This document shows, one piece after another, positions 1 through 9,179 of a DNA stretch of 64,000 bases. The translations under genes and the position numbers were made by a program. Source of the stretch: Candidatus Latescibacterota bacterium (GTDB taxonomy: Bacteria > Latescibacterota > UBA2968 > UBA8231). The notes under the pieces were generated by a model. That model did not search any database. It had not been told where the DNA came from and saw only the letters and a program-made list of their open reading frames with translations. Each line of letters opens with the position of its first letter. Position 1 is the stretch's first letter. The DNA lies in assembly GCA_965221775.1 (NCBI GenBank), contig CBDCSU010000004.1, forward strand, positions 800,001 to 864,000. The letters are read 5' to 3'.

Positions 1-1
1 C

Positions 2-292
2 GCGGTAGCCCTCGAGGGAGGGCCCCCAGATCCAGGCCTCGATGCGGAACTTCACCCACTTGCCGTCGCGGTCCACCTCCTCGACCTGGGCGCCTTCGAG
101 GAGGGAGCCGATCTGCCGGCCCTCGGGATTGGCGCGGATGTTCTCGGAGGGCTTCTCCACCTCGAAGATGCGCGAGGCGTAGAGCTGCACGGCGCCGGCG
201 CCGGTGAGACCGCCGGCCAGGAGGGCGAGCAGAACGGGCACGGGAACGAGGAGGCGCCGCCAAGGGCGCCGGGAGCTGAGGTCTGGTTTCAT
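2..292 (-). CDS. Secreted SH3-like domain protein (partial, runs off window start)
   Basis: Manual translation from ATG at 292: MKPDLSSRRPWRRLLVPVPVLLALLAGGLTGAGAVQ (signal peptide), then ENIRANPEGRQIGSLLEGAQVEEVDRDGKWVKFRIEAWI, a bacterial SH3-like pattern. Confidence 0.7.
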   Translation of the reverse strand, partial: MKPDLSSRRPWRRLLVPVPVLLALLAGGLTGAGAVQLYASRIFEVEKPSENIRANPEGRQIGSLLEGAQVEEVDRDGKWVKFRIEAWIWGPSLEGYR

Positions 293-663
293 GGCAGCGG
301 AGGGGGCCGGTGAGGCCCGCGGGCGTTCGGAGGGATGTTGCGGTGGTACGCGGGGTTGCGTCGGCAGGCTAGCTTACCGGGGGCTCGACGCAGTGTCAAG
401 ATGACGGGCCCGGCCGGCGGGGATCGTTGAGCCGGCCTGTGAACTTGCTGATAATTGCGGGAAGGCGCCGAGCCCGCACCGGAACCGACGCGCCCCCGGG
501 CTCTTCCCGCACCCCGGGGTCGGCGGGCTACCGCAAGACGGGCGCCGCCGACTCCCTCACAAAGCCCTTGCACGATGACCGATCCGGGCCCTCGACTTCC
601 CCACCGCCGCCCGGGGCTGACAACAACATTTACCGGGTACAGCCGAAAGGGCGCCGAATCCCG

Positions 664-1578
664 ATGACGCATAAAATGTTGATCGACTGCGACCCCGGCC
701 TCGACGACGCCGCCGCCCTGATCCTGGCCCACCGCCACGCCGAGGTGATCGGCGTCACCACGGTGAGCGGCAACGCGCCCCTGGCCGCGACCACGGCCAA
801 CGCCCTCCTCGTGACCGCCCTCCTGGGGGCCGGCACTCCGGTCCACGCCGGCGCCTCCCGTCCCCTGGCCGGCGAGGCGGTCCACGCCACCGAGGTCCAC
901 GGGGAGACAGGCCTGGGCGGCTCCGGACCCTTCGAGCACGACCGCACCCCGGCCAGCGGCGACGCCGTGACCTTCCTCCTCGACGCCGCCGGCGAAGACG
1001 TGTGGGTCGTCGCCCTCGGTCCGCTGACCAACATCGCTCTCGCCATCGAGCGCGATCCGTCGTGGCCGCGGCGCATCGCCGGCCTCTCCCTCATGGGCGG
1101 CGGCACCGGTCCCGGCAACTCCACGGCCGCCGCCGAGTTCAACGTCTTCGCCGACCCCGAGGCCGCGGCACGGGTCTTCGACTCCGGAGCCGACCCGACC
1201 ATGTGCGGCCTGAACCTCACCCGTCAGCTGCGCACCGACGACGCCTTCACCGCGCGCCTGCGCGGGGCCGACTCCCCCAGGGCGCGCTTCGCGGTGCAGG
1301 CCTTCGACTTTCTGCACGACCGGGTGGAGGCCCTCACCGGCCGGCGCAGCGCCGCCCTCCACGACCCGTGCGCCGTGCTGGCGGTGACCCATCCCGAGCT
1401 GCTGGAGACGCGGCCGCGGCAGGTCCGGGTCGAGCTGGAGGGCCGGCTGACGCGCGGCATGACCGTGGTGGACGAGCGCATCCTGCGGCCGCCCCCCGCG
1501 GCCAACGCCAAGGTGGCGTACTCCATCGACGCCGAGCGGGCCCTGGACCTTGTGGTGGAAGCGCTGGCCGCGGACTGA
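664..1578 (+). CDS. Inosine/uridine-preferring nucleoside hydrolase family
   Basis: N-terminal DCDPGLDD (DxDxGxDD) motif, GPLTN, AEFN, LHDP motifs; ATG at 664. Confidence 0.93.
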   Translation: MTHKMLIDCDPGLDDAAALILAHRHAEVIGVTTVSGNAPLAATTANALLVTALLGAGTPVHAGASRPLAGEAVHATEVHGETGLGGSGPFEHDRTPASGDAVTFLLDAAGEDVWVVALGPLTNIALAIERDPSWPRRIAGLSLMGGGTGPGNSTAAAEFNVFADPEAAARVFDSGADPTMCGLNLTRQLRTDDAFTARLRGADSPRARFAVQAFDFLHDRVEALTGRRSAALHDPCAVLAVTHPELLETRPRQVRVELEGRLTRGMTVVDERILRPPPAANAKVAYSIDAERALDLVVEALAAD

Positions 1579-1579
1579 C

Positions 1580-2212
1580 ATGGAAGCCCTGATCTGGGAC
1601 TGCGACGGCGTCCTCGTCGACAGCGAGCCACTCAGCACCGCGGCCTGGCAGGCCGTGCTCCTGCGCCGGGGCGTGCGCGCGGAGGCCGCCGACCTGGACG
1701 CCTTCACCGGGCGCTCCGACGACGCCGTCCTCGACCACTACCGCGGGATCACCGGCGACCGCCTGGAGGGGATCCTGGAGGAGCGCGAAGCGGAGTTCGA
1801 GCGCCGGGCCCGGAGCACCCTGCGCACCTTCCCCGGCCTGCCGGAGCTGCTGGGCCGGTTCCATGGAGACGGCCGCAAGATGGCCGTGGCCTCTTCCGGG
1901 CGGCGGCCCAGGATCCGCTTCTCCCTGGCGGAAGTCGGGCTGGACCGGTACTTCGAGACCGTGTGCTCCGCCACCGAGGTGGAGAGGGGCAAGCCGGCGC
2001 CCGACCTGTTCCTGCTGGCGGCCCGGCGTCTGGCAGTGCCGCCGTCGCGCTGCACCGTCATCGAGGACTCGGTGCCGGGCTTGCGGGCGGCGGTCCGGGC
2101 GGGGATGCGCGCTCTCGGGTTCACGTCGAGCCACCCGGCACGGGTGCTGCGCGAGGCGGGGGCCGCCGCGACCTTCGATGACTACAGCGGGCTCGAGGCT
2201 CTGTTGGGCTGA
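1580..2212 (+). CDS. HAD-superfamily phosphatase (beta-PGM/CbbY-like)
   Basis: DCDGVLVDS (DxD), ASS, GKPAPD, IEDS motifs; starts 1 nt after the nucleoside hydrolase stop. Confidence 0.92.
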   Translation: MEALIWDCDGVLVDSEPLSTAAWQAVLLRRGVRAEAADLDAFTGRSDDAVLDHYRGITGDRLEGILEEREAEFERRARSTLRTFPGLPELLGRFHGDGRKMAVASSGRRPRIRFSLAEVGLDRYFETVCSATEVERGKPAPDLFLLAARRLAVPPSRCTVIEDSVPGLRAAVRAGMRALGFTSSHPARVLREAGAAATFDDYSGLEALLG

Positions 2213-2279
2213 GGAACACCGGAAGCGGAGGCCGGAGGGCCCCATGTCAGGGGCTGCGCAGTCGCGGTCGACTGTTGAC

Positions 2280-2377
2280 TGTCTCAGAATTGGACAACGC
2301 CATAACTGACGCAATTTCAGACAGTTAGGACTTCTCTCGCCAATCCTGCCCCTCCCGGGTTGTCTCGTTCCGAGTCA
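2280..2377 (+). promoter_or_regulatory. Putative enhancer (UAS) boxes for a sigma54 activator
   Basis: TGTCTCAGAATTGGACA (2280-2296, TGT-N11-ACA) and TGTCTCGTTCCGAGTCA (2361-2377) upstream of a -24/-12 promoter, separated by an AT-rich tract. Confidence 0.45.
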
Positions 2378-2456
2378 CCTCGACAGCTGTCTCCTTCCCC
2401 GCAGGTATTTACCTAACTTCCTGTAAATACAGGACTTGATCCATCCGCCAAGAAAC

Positions 2457-2473
2457 CTGGCACGGTCCCTGCA
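2457..2473 (+). promoter_or_regulatory. Sigma54 (-24/-12) promoter
   Basis: CTGGCACG-GTCC-CTGCA versus consensus YTGGCACG-N4-TTGCW; GG-N10-GC spacing is exact; a strong RBS follows. Confidence 0.7.
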
Positions 2474-2506
2474 TAGGAACTGTCCGAGATGAGGAGGAGG
2501 CCGGCC

Positions 2507-2692
2507 ATGACTCTGAATGACAAGATCGACGAGGGCGTGGGAGATGCTGCCGAGGCAGGGACCCCCCAACGGCGGGCGGCAAGCCCTCGCGACCGCCGGG
2601 GGCTGGATATCGGTCGCCGGGCCCGGCTATGGCGGCGGCAGGACCATCCGTCGGCTGGACCTCAAGGCGGCGCACGGGCGAATCGGACCTGA
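2507..2692 (+). CDS. Small hypothetical protein (61 aa), possibly a gene remnant
   Basis: GAGGAGGAGG RBS at 2491-2500, ATG at 2507, downstream of the sigma54 promoter; no recognisable domain. Confidence 0.45.
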   Translation: MTLNDKIDEGVGDAAEAGTPQRRAASPRDRRGLDIGRRARLWRRQDHPSAGPQGGARANRT

Positions 2693-2851
2693 GCAGTGAG
2701 ACAGTCGGCGGCCCTGCCACCCTCTGGGGCCGGGGGGCGTTCTGGCGTCCGATGGCGGAGGGGTGACGGGGATGTGCGGTGCGGATTCCGCCGTCGGGCG
2801 CCGAGGTGGTGGGGCTGCCGCTGTCTCACGGCAGATGTCTCCGCCGGCGGG

Positions 2852-4072
2852 TCAGGCGGCCTTGGCAGGCCTGCCGGCTTCGTCACGCAGGCGGAGGACT
2901 CTGCGGGCAAGATCAGCGACCGAAGCCAGGAGCTGGTCGATCTCCCCGGAGAGGTCGAGGGCAACGACCTCCAGCCGCTTCTCCGAGTGGCGGACCCGGT
3001 ACTGCGCCGGACCCGCCTCTCCCTTGGCATAGACCAGCAGGCCGCCGGGCAGGTCGAGGGCGGTGGCGTAGGCCAGGAGCTGGTATAGGTCGGCGTTGGG
3101 GATCTCGCGCTCGCCGGTGATGTTCTTGTACTTCGCGTCGCCGACGAAGGTGCAGGTCGAGCCCTCCCACCACGACAAGTCGGGCCTGAGGCGGATGTGT
3201 CCGTCCTCGTCGAGTGTGATCCCCCGGATGCGGTTGTCAGAGCGGAGGATCTCCTCCGAGAGCCCGAGTTCGTCACGCAGCGCCCTGGTCACGAACTCCT
3301 GGAAGACCGCATTCATATCCATCAGGAATCCGGCGGCGCGCAGACCGCCGCGGCTGGTCTCGAAGATCCAATGCCGGAGGATCAGCCGGGAGATCTCCAC
3401 GACCTCGCGGTAGTGCTCGTTCAGGCGGTCGAACTGAACTTCCGGCACCTCCTTCGGCGCAAACTCGACCAGCGAAACATTGCCGAGCATGGCGCCGGTC
3501 CACCCGAGCCCGGCGCGCGCACGCGAGTCCCGGATGCGCATGCGGCCGAGAAGCGCCACCGCCGCCTTCACCAACTGGTTCGCCAGGATGTCGTCCGTGA
3601 ACTCGTCGTATCGAACCTCGACCGGAAAGGGCATCCCGAACCTGCGCCGGACCTGCTCGGCCACGACGATCCGGCCACGCACTGTGTGCAACGCCTCCTC
3701 CTCGGTTCGGTACCCGTGGAGCAGTCCGCGGGAGAATGCCCGCCGCGCCGCCGAGACGAAGGCGGGGATCAACGTCTCGACCAGGGTATCCGCCTTCTCG
3801 AAGCGGAAGCGTTCCTCCCGGAACCCGACCTCTCCCATGGCGTAAGAGGCCAGGTACAGGACCCGCGAAATCTCCAGCTTGGGGCGGATGGATACCGACA
3901 GGTCCCCCAGCTCGAGGGCGCCGATGGTGGAACCAGGTGTCAGGTACCAGCGGTCGTCGCCCGGAGCAGGCTCGATGGTGAGGGACGCTATCCCGCGGAG
4001 GGCTGCGCGTTCCAGAGAGGAGAGCGGCTCCGGGCCGCTTCTGGTGTGCTCCTGAAGGTCAAGCCGGCGCAT
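2852..4072 (-). CDS. mcrC: McrC-family restriction nuclease subunit
   Basis: RPDL...GDAKYK PD-(D/E)xK motif, DLYQLLAYA, FLMDMNAVFQEFV; overlaps the end of mcrB. Confidence 0.9.
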   Translation of the reverse strand: MRRLDLQEHTRSGPEPLSSLERAALRGIASLTIEPAPGDDRWYLTPGSTIGALELGDLSVSIRPKLEISRVLYLASYAMGEVGFREERFRFEKADTLVETLIPAFVSAARRAFSRGLLHGYRTEEEALHTVRGRIVVAEQVRRRFGMPFPVEVRYDEFTDDILANQLVKAAVALLGRMRIRDSRARAGLGWTGAMLGNVSLVEFAPKEVPEVQFDRLNEHYREVVEISRLILRHWIFETSRGGLRAAGFLMDMNAVFQEFVTRALRDELGLSEEILRSDNRIRGITLDEDGHIRLRPDLSWWEGSTCTFVGDAKYKNITGEREIPNADLYQLLAYATALDLPGGLLVYAKGEAGPAQYRVRHSEKRLEVVALDLSGEIDQLLASVADLARRVLRLRDEAGRPAKAA

Positions 4073-5675
4073 CGCCGGTGCCGGCATCCTCGGAGCCGGG
4101 CTCCTCTGGGCCGCCTTGCGGGGCTGCACCCTCGACTTCGCGCCGCAGCTTGTCGAGGTCGAACTCGTCGAGGCGGTCCTGCTGCCCGTACAGCTGCTCC
4201 TCGATGTAGGGTCGGATGTTGTGCTTCCAGACCAGGTCAACCATCTCGTCATCAAGCCCGCTTCGCATGAAGTAGCTCGGGCCGACCGCCCCCTGCCGGT
4301 CCTGCAGCTTCTCGTTGGCGCGGTCGACGAGATCCGCTACCCACTCCATCCCGGGGGCCTGTTGGCTGAGCCAGCGCCTGAGCAACCCCTTGACGGGCGC
4401 CTCGTCGGGGTGGAACTCCACGAAGTGGAACCGCCGCCGCAGGGCGAGATCCACGAGCGCAATCGAACGATCGGCAGTGTTCATGGTGCCGAGGAAAAAC
4501 AGATTCCAAGGCAGAGAGAAGGGCTTGTCCGAGTATTGGAGGCGCATCTCCTCGTCGCGGTACTCCAGCAGGAAGTAGAGCTCGCCGAAGACCTTGGCGA
4601 GGTTGCCGCGGTTGATCTCGTCGATGACGAGGAAGTGCCTTGCGTCCGGCTCCCGCCGGGCTGATTCCGCCATGTCCAGGAGGGGGCCGTTCCTCAACTC
4701 GAAACCGGGACGCCCCTCCACCAAGGTCGGGCGGTACCCCTGGACGAAGTCCTCGTAGGCGTACGAAGGGTGGAACTGGACGAGCCGCACCCGCTCGGCC
4801 GATCCGGCCAAGCACGCCGCCAGCTGCCGGGCGGCGTAGGTCTTGCCCGTGCCGGGCGGTCCCTGGAAGATGACCTGACCCTTGTCGTCGAGGAGCTTTT
4901 CGATGTCCTCCAGGAAGCCGATGTCGAACAGGAGTTCCTCTGCCAGTTCTTCCAGAGACTCCGTCTGGTGGCCATCGGTGCCAGCAGCCGCAACGGCAGG
5001 CTTCCTAGGAGGGGATGCTCCCACCGGTTCTCCGTCCCACTTGTACCACCATACGACTCCCTGAGCTTCGAGACGGTCGGCGGGCCTCTCCATGCCCAAC
5101 GCCTTGGCTCTCGCTACGACCTGGTCCAGGAACCCCAACGCATGTTCGTATACGGTCCCCTCATCGGCGCCCTTTGGTGGCTGAGAGTATCCCGTCCGGC
5201 CGTAGGACCCGTTGAAGGCCGTCGCTGCGAACGGTGGGTATTGGGGACCCAGCGCCATCAATAGGACAGAGATTGCCCTCAGCCGCGTTCCGGTTCCACG
5301 GAAGTGTTGGTGCTCAGGCACTCGGGCCGAGAAGGTGCGGATACGCTTCTCGGGAGGTGTGCCATCATCGGCCCAGAGCGCCCGCAAGACTGACAGCGCT
5401 TCGTCCGGCTGGGATTCGAGCCACTCCAAGAAGAAGATCTGCTGACGGAAGTTCAGAAGGTTGTTCTTGTTGTTCTTGAGACTCTCCTCCACCAGGGAGG
5501 GCCATTCGCTGTCACCGGAAAGTACCGCCGCGCGGGCTTGGCGAAGGCTCTCCATGATCTCCAGCTTGTAGTTCATTTCCTCCGAATCGAGTCGCCCACT
5601 GTCGATATAGCCCTGTGCCTCCAGGAGGTAGTTGTCAAGGGCTTCCGAGTCCCGCTGCCGACTACGCTCCGACAT
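4059..5675 (-). CDS. mcrB: McrB-family AAA+ GTPase (type IV restriction)
   Basis: GPPGTGKT Walker A, VQFHPSYAYEDFV, IDEINRGN Walker B, MNTAD McrB signature; an alternative start lies at 5690. Confidence 0.93.
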   Translation of the reverse strand: MSERSRQRDSEALDNYLLEAQGYIDSGRLDSEEMNYKLEIMESLRQARAAVLSGDSEWPSLVEESLKNNKNNLLNFRQQIFFLEWLESQPDEALSVLRALWADDGTPPEKRIRTFSARVPEHQHFRGTGTRLRAISVLLMALGPQYPPFAATAFNGSYGRTGYSQPPKGADEGTVYEHALGFLDQVVARAKALGMERPADRLEAQGVVWWYKWDGEPVGASPPRKPAVAAAGTDGHQTESLEELAEELLFDIGFLEDIEKLLDDKGQVIFQGPPGTGKTYAARQLAACLAGSAERVRLVQFHPSYAYEDFVQGYRPTLVEGRPGFELRNGPLLDMAESARREPDARHFLVIDEINRGNLAKVFGELYFLLEYRDEEMRLQYSDKPFSLPWNLFFLGTMNTADRSIALVDLALRRRFHFVEFHPDEAPVKGLLRRWLSQQAPGMEWVADLVDRANEKLQDRQGAVGPSYFMRSGLDDEMVDLVWKHNIRPYIEEQLYGQQDRLDEFDLDKLRREVEGAAPQGGPEEPGSEDAGTGDAPA

Positions 5676-5810
5676 GTCGCCTTCCTTCACCTCTCCTGAT
5701 GGTGCAGCCGTTGTGATGAGGACGTGGTGAGTTCACTGATTCCCTCTCTTTGCAAAGGCACGCCTTCACGACGCTGCCGTTCCCCCCGGGGTCCCATGCT
5801 GCAAGGGGGC

Positions 5811-6229
5811 TCACTTCAACACCTCCCATCGACCGCCCTTGGTCGGTCCGACATGACGGATGGCTCCAGCGGCTCTCAGCCTGGCCAAGTGGTACTTGAC
5901 CCCGTCCGGGGTAATGCCGACACGTTCGGCGACTGCACGCTGGGTGAGCCCGAGCTCCGCGCTGAGCAAGGCCAGGATTCGTCCTTGGGTAGTCTCGGCG
6001 GTTTCTTGGGTAGTCTCGGCGGTTTCTTGGGTAGTCTCAGCGGTTTCTCGGGTAGTCTCGGCGGTTTCTTGGGTAGTCTCAGCGGTTTCTTGGGGTAGTG
6101 GCCCCCCTGGAAGTTGGCGAAGGCCACCACCTCCCGCGCCAGTTGCTCCTCACGCAGGTCATCCCGCTTGAACTCCACTCCGGAGTTCTCACCGCCTGCT
6201 ATCAGTTCGAGTAGCTCCGGGGACTTCAT
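5811..6229 (-). pseudogene. Internally deleted and frameshifted AlbA_2 (Schlafen-like) / C-terminal wHTH gene
   Basis: N-terminus MKSPELLELIAGGENSGVEFKRDD...REVVAFANFQGG (AlbA start); in another frame (TTQETAE)n then RILALL...GITPDGVKYHLARL...VGPTKGGRWEVLK* (wHTH); the middle of the gene is missing. Confidence 0.75.
5985..6099. repeat. 21-bp tandem repeat, 5 copies plus a partial copy
   Basis: Unit TTGGGTAGTCTC(G/A)GCGGTTTC, head-to-tail with no spacers; encodes a TTQETAE linker on the minus strand. Confidence 0.95.
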
Positions 6230-6482
6230 CTCACTGCTCAACGGCCTGCCGCGTCGGCGTGCGGATTTCCTGTTGGCGACAGTGGTCACGTCCGGGGCTC
6301 CCGGCTCCAGGCCCGCGACTCTGGCCGCGACGGGCGAACTTGGTGAGCGCAATTGATCCCCCTTTTCCCTGGAACGGCCCGGCAAGCCTGCAGTCGACTT
6401 GGCTCCGACCTCCAGCGTGTTCCACGGCGCCCTAAGTTACAGTGCCAGTCGAGGCACCGCCCCGGTCGACTGAAGAGCCCCC

Positions 6483-6511
6483 TTGACCATGGTCACCTTC
6501 GCCGTTACCCT
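6483..6511 (+). promoter_or_regulatory. Candidate sigma70 promoter for the SH3/ABC exporter operon
   Basis: TTGACC-N17-TACCCT, about 40 bp upstream of ATG 6551. Confidence 0.4.
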
Positions 6512-6550
6512 CAACTCCGTCAACCACTTACGTCGCCTGGCCAGGCGCTG

Positions 6551-7201
6551 ATGAACGGTCCCCGGCGCCGGGTGGCGTGGATCCCCGCCCTTGTCGTCTT
6601 CGCTGCCATCCCCCTCATACCCGACCCTCCGCCGCCCGTGGAGCGCGCGCCGGACCTCGACGTGGAATCCGTGCGCGCCGCCGAGTGCGAGTACCGCGGC
6701 ATCACCGCCTCCTTCGACGAGATCACCCGCGCCTACGCCCTCACCGATTTCGACAACCCCCGCCTCCAGGGCTGGCACGCCCGGCCGAACCCGGCCAGCC
6801 CCGAGACCGAGGCCCTGGTGACGGCGAGCTTCCTCGTCGCCGGGAACCGGCCGCCGGCCCCGGGCCGCGGCACCGACCAGACCCTCGAGGTCACCTGGAG
6901 GCTGAACTCCCTGGCGGCGGTCCCGGTGAACCCCTTTGGCGGCCACGCCCGCGGCGCCCTCGACAGCTTCCGCCGCACCGTGGACGGCCTTCTCGGGCGC
7001 ATGGTCTACCTCGCCGGGCCGGCAGGCCTGCGCGCCTCCCCCGGCGCCGCCGACAGCACCCGGCTCGAGGCCGCCACCGTGCTCCTGCTGGAGGAGAGCC
7101 CCGACAGCCCGGGCGGCTGGACCCGGGTGCGGGTGCCCGCCGACACCACCGCCGGGTGGGTCCGCTCCGACCTCCTGCGCCCGGTCGACGGGAACGACTG
7201 A
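6551..7201 (+). CDS. Exported or membrane-anchored hypothetical protein with C-terminal SH3-like domain
   Basis: Hydrophobic N-terminus ([16 protein letters not shown]); C-terminal LRASPG...GWTRVRV...AGWVRSDLL; stop overlaps the next ATG. Confidence 0.7.
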   Translation: MNGPRRRVAWIPALVVFAAIPLIPDPPPPVERAPDLDVESVRAAECEYRGITASFDEITRAYALTDFDNPRLQGWHARPNPASPETEALVTASFLVAGNRPPAPGRGTDQTLEVTWRLNSLAAVPVNPFGGHARGALDSFRRTVDGLLGRMVYLAGPAGLRASPGAADSTRLEAATVLLLEESPDSPGGWTRVRVPADTTAGWVRSDLLRPVDGND

Positions 7202-7932
7202 TGGCCCCCCCGGCGTCCCTCATCGAGATGGAGGGCATCACCCGGACCTACGACATGGGCGGCACCGAGGTGCACGCCCTGCGCGGCGTCGACCTGGAGA
7301 TCGGCGCCGGCGAGTACGTCGCCGTCATGGGGCCCTCGGGCTCGGGCAAGTCGACGCTGATGAACATTATCGGCTGTCTCGACGTGCCCACCGCCGGCGA
7401 CTACCGCCTCAACGGCCAGCTGGCCAGCGAGATGGACGACGACGAGCTGGCCCGCATCCGCAACGAGGAGATCGGCTTCGTCTTCCAGACCTTCAACCTC
7501 CTGCCCCGCTCCGACGCCCTGCGCAACGTCGAGCTGCCCCTGGTCTACGCCGGGGTCACCGGCGCCGGACGCCGCGAGCGCGCCGAGCGGGCCCTGGAGG
7601 CGGTGGGCCTCGACGACCGCATGGGCCACCGGCCCAACGAGCTGTCCGGCGGCCAGCGCCAGCGCGTGGCCATCGCCCGGGCCCTGGCCAACGAGCCCTC
7701 CATCCTGCTGGCCGACGAGCCCACGGGCGCCCTCGACTCGCGCACCGGGATCGAGATCATGGAGCTCTTCGGGCGCCTGCAGGACGCCGGCAACACGATC
7801 ATCCTCGTCACCCACGAGGAGCACATCGCCGCCTGCGCCCGCCGCGTCGTGCGCTTCCTCGACGGCCGGGTGGAGAGCGACGGCGCCGGGGCCGGCGCCC
7901 CGCCCGCGGCCCTGCCGGCGGCCGGAGGCTGA
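7201..7932 (+). CDS. ABC transporter ATP-binding protein (MacB/LolD-type)
   Basis: [27 protein letters not shown] motifs. Confidence 0.95.
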   Translation: MAPPASLIEMEGITRTYDMGGTEVHALRGVDLEIGAGEYVAVMGPSGSGKSTLMNIIGCLDVPTAGDYRLNGQLASEMDDDELARIRNEEIGFVFQTFNLLPRSDALRNVELPLVYAGVTGAGRRERAERALEAVGLDDRMGHRPNELSGGQRQRVAIARALANEPSILLADEPTGALDSRTGIEIMELFGRLQDAGNTIILVTHEEHIAACARRVVRFLDGRVESDGAGAGAPPAALPAAGG

Positions 7933-7935
7933 GGC

Positions 7936-9168
7936 ATGGGACCTGGGGCGAGACGGTTGATCGGCGCCGGGTGCGCCACCGTGGGCGCCGCCGGGGCGGC
8001 CCTCGCCGTGAACGCCTACCTCGACGGCCCCGAGGCCAGCGCCGTGCCGACGGCCGCCGTCACCCGCGGCGAGTTCCGCCGCACCCACGTGGAGGACGGC
8101 CAGTTGCGCGCCGCCAAGGACGAGAAGGTGGTCTCGCCGCGGGTGCGCGGCGACCTCAAGATCGTGCACCTGTGGCCGGAGGGGGAGCAGGTCGAGCCGG
8201 GAGACCTGATCCTCCAGTTCGACCGCGCCTGGCACGCCCAGGAGGTGAAGGACAAGATCAGCCGACTGGAGCAGGCGAAGGCCGACCTGTCCAAGTTCGA
8301 GGCCGAGCAGAAGCGGCAGCGCGCCGAGCTGGGCATGCAGGTGGAGCAGAAGACGGCGGCCCTGGAGCTGTCCCGGATCAACCTGCAGAAGTCGGAGTAC
8401 GGCTCGGCCATCGAGCGCGAGGAGGCCCGCATCGGCGTCGGGCAGGCCGAGCGCGCCCTGGAGGAAGCGCGCGCCAACCTCGAGGCCCAGGAGATCGTCG
8501 AGCGCGTCGAGCGCTCCCACATGGAGGTCCGCATCGCCCACCGCCAGAAGGTGTACGACGGCGCCCTGTCCGACTACGAGCGCCTCAGCGTGCGCGCCAC
8601 GCGGCCGGGCCTCGTCGTCCACGAGGTGATCCGCAAGCGCGGCGCCGGCCGGCGGTCCAAGGTGAAGGAGGGCGACATGGTCTGGGGCGGCATGAGCCTG
8701 CTGGCCCTGCCGGAGCTCGACTCGATGCAGGTCGTGTCCCAGGTGGGCGAGATGGACGTGCACTCGGTGGGCCCGGGACTCCCGGCCCTGATCCGCCTGG
8801 AGGCCCTGCCGGGACCGGTCTTCCACGGCGTCGTCCGCGAGGTGGCCCCCATGGCCGCCGAGAAGGAGGGCGCCCCCAACGTGCAGGTCTTCGAGATGGT
8901 CGTCGACATCACCGAGCAGGACGAGCGGCTCCTCCCGGGCATGTCGGCCTCGGTGGAGGTCGTCCTCCAGACCCGGCCCGGCGTCCTCACCCTTCCCCTC
9001 GGCGCCGTCCACGCCCGGGAGGAGCGCACCATCGCCTGGCGCCGCGGATCTTCCGGCTTCGAGCCCGTCGACGTGTCGGTGGGTGAGGCCAACGGCCTGA
9101 GAGTCGTCATTGTGGAGGGCCTGGAGGAAGGCGACGTCGTCGCCCTTCGCGATCCGGGCTTGATGTAG
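7936..9168 (+). CDS. Efflux periplasmic adaptor subunit (MacA/HlyD-like) 1
   Basis: N-terminal TM segment, lipoyl-like EGEQVEPGD, long coiled coil, LPGMSA motif. Confidence 0.88.
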   Translation: MGPGARRLIGAGCATVGAAGAALAVNAYLDGPEASAVPTAAVTRGEFRRTHVEDGQLRAAKDEKVVSPRVRGDLKIVHLWPEGEQVEPGDLILQFDRAWHAQEVKDKISRLEQAKADLSKFEAEQKRQRAELGMQVEQKTAALELSRINLQKSEYGSAIEREEARIGVGQAERALEEARANLEAQEIVERVERSHMEVRIAHRQKVYDGALSDYERLSVRATRPGLVVHEVIRKRGAGRRSKVKEGDMVWGGMSLLALPELDSMQVVSQVGEMDVHSVGPGLPALIRLEALPGPVFHGVVREVAPMAAEKEGAPNVQVFEMVVDITEQDERLLPGMSASVEVVLQTRPGVLTLPLGAVHAREERTIAWRRGSSGFEPVDVSVGEANGLRVVIVEGLEEGDVVALRDPGLM

Positions 9169-9179
9169 GAGATACCGCC

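Noticed and set aside
2279-2377. MITE with TGTCTC terminal repeats
   Set aside because: Ends are imperfect and no target duplication is seen; better explained as enhancer boxes of the adjacent sigma54 promoter
5750-5770. Possible sigma54 promoter upstream of mcrB (AGGCGTGCCTTTGCA, minus strand)
   Set aside because: GG-to-GC spacing is 9 nt rather than the strictly required 10
5985-6099. 21-bp repeats as a CRISPR array
   Set aside because: Units are head-to-tail with no unique spacers, encode a protein linker, and no cas genes are present
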